Source of the DNA: an uncultured bacterium
GTDB lineage: Bacteria; Patescibacteriota; Minisyncoccia; Phycocordibacterales; UBA2100
DNA: 26,491 nucleotides
Direction: 5' to 3'
NCBI GenBank assembly: GCA_903881205.1
Contig: CAIRSC010000089.1
Location: 1-26,491, forward strand
The notes beneath the pieces were generated by a model that worked only from the letters and a program-made list of their open reading frames with translations, had not been told where the DNA came from and searched no databases. Of the stretch, positions 22,765 to 26,491 are shown piece by piece (positions within the stretch are counted from its first letter, which is position 1; each line of letters starts with the position of its first letter). The position numbers and the translations under genes were made by a program.

Positions 22765-24552
22765 CTAGTCGTTCTCGCGAACGACTTTCAGGAACACGTC
22801 TGATGGAATATCCACCTTGCCGCGCGCGAGCATCTTCTTCTTTCCTTTCTTTTGCTTATCGAGAAGTTTGTTCTTGCGGCTCACGTCGCCGCCATAGAGG
22901 TAGCCGGTCACATCTTTGCGCATTGCCGATTTGCGGCGCGACGCGATGATGCGGCCACCCACCCGGGCCTGGATCTTGAGTTCGAAAAGCTGCTTCGGAA
23001 GGAGCTTCTCGAGCTTTTCCACCATCGCTTCCGCCTCCTGCTGCACGCGCCGTTTACTCACAATACGCGCGAACGCCGGCACCATTTCTTCGGCGACGAG
23101 CGTATCGAGCCGGATCACGTCGGCATTGCGCAGCCCGGTGATCTCGTATGAGAGCGACGCATATCCGGACGACACGCTCTTGAGTTTGTCGAAGAATTGG
23201 CGCATGAGTTCGCGCAGCGGCATCTGAGAATGGATGCCGACCTTCCCGTCGGGAAGCGATTCGGTATCGCCTACTACAGCTTCGTGATCGTAGAGGATTT
23301 GAGAAATGCCGCCGACATACTCGGGCGGTGTGATCACGAGCACGTCGGCCCAGAGCTCTCGCACCTGACGTGACATTCCTTCATCGGGAAATCGCGCGGG
23401 TGAATACACCTCTTCGATGCGGCCGTCGAGATGTGTCACCTCATACACCGTCGTCGGCATGGTCACCACGAGCTCAAGTGTGAACTCGCGCTTGAGGCGT
23501 TCGATCACGATCTCGAGGTGGAGCATGCCGAGGAAGCCGCAGCGGAATCCTTTGCCCATGATGCCGGATGATTCTTCTTCGTATGAGAGCGAAGAGTCCG
23601 AAAGTCGCAGGCGCTCGAGCGATTGCCGCAGCATCAACAGATCATCCTGACTTTCCGGATATACGCTGGCCCAAATGACCGGAGTCGGCGCGCGATAATC
23701 GGAAAGTGCCGGCGCCGGATTGCGCACCGTTGTGAGGGTATCGCCCACCGAGGCCACCCCCGGCTTCTTGATGCCGGTGACGATGTATCCGATCTCTCCT
23801 TCCACCAGTTTGTCTTTCGGTTTTTCCTCGGGAGCGAGAATACCCACTTCGAGCGCCGTGAATTCTGCACCGCTGGCGATGAATTTGAGCACGTCGCCCT
23901 TGGTCAACGATCCGCCGAACACGCGCGCATACACGATCACGCCGCGGTGATCGGAATAGCCGAAGTCGAAGATCAGTGCCTGCGCGGATGTGCCCGACGA
24001 TTGCGGCGGCGGCACACGCTTCACGATCGCATTGAGCACCTCAGCGACGCCCTGCCCGGTTTTCCCTGATGCCGGCAACACGTCGCTTTCCTCGCATTCG
24101 AGCAGTAGAGCAAGCTCGCTCGTGATCTCGGCGACGCGCGCATTCGGTGCGTCCACTTTTGATACGACCGGGATCACTACAAGCCCGAGCTGCTTGGCGA
24201 CGGAAAGTACCGAGAGTGTCTGTGCCTCCACTCCTTGCGTAGAATCGACGAGCAAGACGACGCCTTCCACAGCGGTCAGCGCGCGGGATACTTCATATGA
24301 AAAATCGACGTGCCCGGGCGTATCGATGAGATTCAGCACGTATTCTGTGCCATCGGCCTTCCACTGCATGCGCACGGGCTGCATCTTGATGGTGATCCCG
24401 CGCTCGCGCTCCAGATCCATGCGGTCGAGCACCTGCGCCTGCATGTGGCGCGGTTCGATCGTTCCGGTGATCTCGAGCATACGGTCGGCCAGGGTCGATT
24501 TCCCGTGGTCAATGTGCGCGATTATGGAGAAATTTCGTATGTTTGAAGCCAT
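22765..24552 (-). CDS. lepA: Translation elongation factor 4
   Basis: IRNFSIIAHIDHGKSTLAD, ERERGITIK, DTPGHVDF, GFRCGFLGMLH and LLDKQKKGKKKM motifs. Confidence 0.98.
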   Translation of the reverse strand: MASNIRNFSIIAHIDHGKSTLADRMLEITGTIEPRHMQAQVLDRMDLERERGITIKMQPVRMQWKADGTEYVLNLIDTPGHVDFSYEVSRALTAVEGVVLLVDSTQGVEAQTLSVLSVAKQLGLVVIPVVSKVDAPNARVAEITSELALLLECEESDVLPASGKTGQGVAEVLNAIVKRVPPPQSSGTSAQALIFDFGYSDHRGVIVYARVFGGSLTKGDVLKFIASGAEFTALEVGILAPEEKPKDKLVEGEIGYIVTGIKKPGVASVGDTLTTVRNPAPALSDYRAPTPVIWASVYPESQDDLLMLRQSLERLRLSDSSLSYEEESSGIMGKGFRCGFLGMLHLEIVIERLKREFTLELVVTMPTTVYEVTHLDGRIEEVYSPARFPDEGMSRQVRELWADVLVITPPEYVGGISQILYDHEAVVGDTESLPDGKVGIHSQMPLRELMRQFFDKLKSVSSGYASLSYEITGLRNADVIRLDTLVAEEMVPAFARIVSKRRVQQEAEAMVEKLEKLLPKQLFELKIQARVGGRIIASRRKSAMRKDVTGYLYGGDVSRKNKLLDKQKKGKKKMLARGKVDIPSDVFLKVVREND

Positions 24553-24580
24553 GTCGCACTACTATACCCCAGAGTGCGCT

Positions 24581-26281
24581 CTAAATCGCCCCCTGCTCTT
24601 CGGCCGAGGCCACGATGGTGGCGCCCTCAATCGTAGCGCGACGCCACAGCCGAGCGCGCACCGCGGTGAAGGTCTCAGCATATTCCCGGCTTCCGAGGGC
24701 ATAGTACGTGATCATCGCGACCAATATCCCGCAAACACCGCCGGTAAGACCGAGTAGGAAAATGGAGAGCGTCGTAGTGGTCGTGATAGAGAAGCCGACG
24801 ATCGTGATCGCGATATATGCACCGACCCCTCCGGCGATCCCGGCGAACGTACTTTCGAAGATCGTACGATAGATCTGTACAAAAAATCCGCCGAAGCGGT
24901 ATTCGAAGTGGATCGTGAGCACGACCGCGCCGATAATCTGCACGACCGCATACGCGAACGCCAAGGCAATGACGGAACTCCCCTGCAACTCTTCGACGCG
25001 TAAGACGCGCTGGACCCAATCGAGAACGGCGTCGTTGTTCAACGCGTGCAGCGAAAGGAACGCAATCGCGAGCGTGCCAGCTGTGACTCCCACCGAAACG
25101 AGCAGCGGTACAAAGGTGCGTCCTGCGGCATAGTAGCCGCGCACGAGCAGCAGTGTGAGGCCCTGCGCTGCCAGCGAGAATGAAAGCAAAGCGAACGCCG
25201 CAGCAGTCAGACGCGTATCGGTCCAATCAAATGCGCCGGAGCCAAGGATCACGCGCACGATATACGCACGGAGCACCAAGATCAGCACACTGGCCGGGAC
25301 CGACCAGAAGAAGACATAGCGCGCGGCGATCGCTACGTGTCCGATGAATTCCTGACGTTCTCCGCGCGAGAGTGCGGCGGCGAGCGTCGGGAAGGCGGCT
25401 ACCGAGAATGACGCGCCGATGATCGAAAGTGGCACCGCCTGCAGATTGTAGGCAAACATAAACACAGCGATCGAGCCTGAGGTGAGCGTCGCGGCAAGTG
25501 CCGTAAGCCCGAAGAACGTGATCTGATTCATCGAAAGCGCGAGCGCACGCGGAAGCGAAATGAACGCGGTATTGAAAAGCGCCTTCGGCTCATACAAGCG
25601 CGGCATGCGGCGAAGAAATCCGTCGCCTACGATCGACGGGATCTGGATGCCGAGGTGCATACAAGCGCCGAATACCACGCCCCAGGCAAGCCCGGTGATC
25701 CCCCACATCGGATACAGGACCTCGATGCCGACGATGATACCGAGGTTGTACAAAAGTGGAGAGATCGCATAGAGCGCATAGCGGTGCCGCACTTGTGTAA
25801 TCGCGGCAAGAATGTTCGAGAGCCCGAGAATGATCGGCTGCAAGAGGATGATGCGCGATATATCGACGAGCTGTGTAGCGTGCACTCCGGTGTATTCCGG
25901 GAACATGATCGAGAGAATGAACGGGGCGAGGAGCGCCGCGACAGCCGACACGGCGACAGCAAAGAGCGAGAAGCCGACGATGATCGTATCGATATATGAT
26001 TTTTGTTCTCGCTCGCCTCTGCGTGAAAGCTCGGGAATGAGCATGTACACCGATACCAGCGCTCCCGTGGCGACGAAGATGAGATCCGGGATACGGAATC
26101 CCGCATAATAGATATCAAGTGTGGTCGACGCGCCGAATGTCTGCGCAAGCATGCGGTCGCGCACCATCGCGAGCAGCGATGAGAGCAAGGCACAAGCCGC
26201 GAGCACGTAGGCAGCAGCATGCAGTCCGCGCACTTCCGACGATAAGTACTTTAGCGCGCGACCCGTGAATGCCGATATCAT
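24581..26281 (-). CDS. murJ: Lipid II flippase MurJ/MviN
   Basis: RDRMLAQTFGA...DIYYAGFRIPD, P.ALA and RGYYA motifs with many TM helices. Confidence 0.92.
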   Translation of the reverse strand: MISAFTGRALKYLSSEVRGLHAAAYVLAACALLSSLLAMVRDRMLAQTFGASTTLDIYYAGFRIPDLIFVATGALVSVYMLIPELSRRGEREQKSYIDTIIVGFSLFAVAVSAVAALLAPFILSIMFPEYTGVHATQLVDISRIILLQPIILGLSNILAAITQVRHRYALYAISPLLYNLGIIVGIEVLYPMWGITGLAWGVVFGACMHLGIQIPSIVGDGFLRRMPRLYEPKALFNTAFISLPRALALSMNQITFFGLTALAATLTSGSIAVFMFAYNLQAVPLSIIGASFSVAAFPTLAAALSRGERQEFIGHVAIAARYVFFWSVPASVLILVLRAYIVRVILGSGAFDWTDTRLTAAAFALLSFSLAAQGLTLLLVRGYYAAGRTFVPLLVSVGVTAGTLAIAFLSLHALNNDAVLDWVQRVLRVEELQGSSVIALAFAYAVVQIIGAVVLTIHFEYRFGGFFVQIYRTIFESTFAGIAGGVGAYIAITIVGFSITTTTTLSIFLLGLTGGVCGILVAMITYYALGSREYAETFTAVRARLWRRATIEGATIVASAEEQGAI

Positions 26282-26308
26282 GACTTTCGTATCCTAACAT
26301 GACGCCCA

Positions 26309-26332
26309 AACGCCTCCCGTTAAGGAGGCGTT
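26309..26332 (-). terminator. Hairpin downstream of rnpB (probable terminator)
   Basis: 9-bp stem aacgcctcc/ggaggcgtt with only a short U tract. Confidence 0.45.
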
Positions 26333-26341
26333 GTGGATGTT

Positions 26342-26491
26342 CTGCACCTGTAAGCCGGATTCTGTCGTGGGCAGCCATGTATCTGGGATAGACGTTGCCG
26401 TCTACCTCAAGCGACTCTCCATCTTTCGATGACACGGTCTTGCATGCAGGTAGGATTTTTGCCGTTGCACCTCTCGTGTTGCCACAAGAGC
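26342..26491 (-). ncRNA. rnpB: RNase P RNA, 3' portion (continues beyond the window)
   Basis: The reverse complement contains GCAAGACC, CCAGATACATG and the conserved 3' ACAGAATCCGGCTTA. The 3' boundary is approximate. Confidence 0.85.

Noticed and set aside
19858-26281. Numerous long alternative-frame ORFs within the ATPase, lepA and murJ (and likewise within 1-5337)
   Set aside because: They are shadow ORFs expected in GC-rich coding DNA and overlap confidently identified genes.
26115-26435. 106-aa minus-strand ORF
   Set aside because: It overlaps the RNase P RNA and murJ in another frame.
1-26491. CRISPR array or cas genes
   Set aside because: No regularly spaced direct repeats with unique spacers and no cas-like ORF were seen.

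Overview
The window looks like a CPR/Patescibacteria (Parcubacteria-like) chromosome segment. This is inferred from gene content and style, not from a database search. The GC-rich core genes are a FAD-linked oxidase, DoxX, DsbB/DsbA, a SET-domain protein, hisS, an RNase H-like exonuclease, glutaredoxin, an FMN reductase with an HxlR regulator, a P-type ATPase, an FtsB-like protein, lepA, murJ and the 3' part of rnpB. Two tRNA-anchored integrative elements sit back to back within this core: about 2.5 kb at tRNA-Phe (6295-8772) and about 7.9 kb at tRNA-Arg(CCT) (9350-17297). Each encodes a large serine recombinase (LSR) that reads into the antisense strand of its target tRNA. In both cases the far end of the element carries a 4-6 bp core followed by an in-frame alternative C-terminus. 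So attP appears to lie inside the recombinase gene, and excision would swap the C-terminal tail. The small element also holds an already-joined, inverted copy of its own attP, inserted in a 54-bp palindrome just upstream of the recombinase. The large element looks satellite-like: a catalytically dead resolvase paralog, an HTH protein with ori-like palindromes, an excisionase, a small-terminase-like ORF, Mrr and DUF3883 nucleases, and a candidate structured RNA. Other notable features are a GIY-YIG gene flanked by inverted repeats, stacked tRNA-Gly 3'-end scars, and widespread leaderless or bidirectional -10 promoters.
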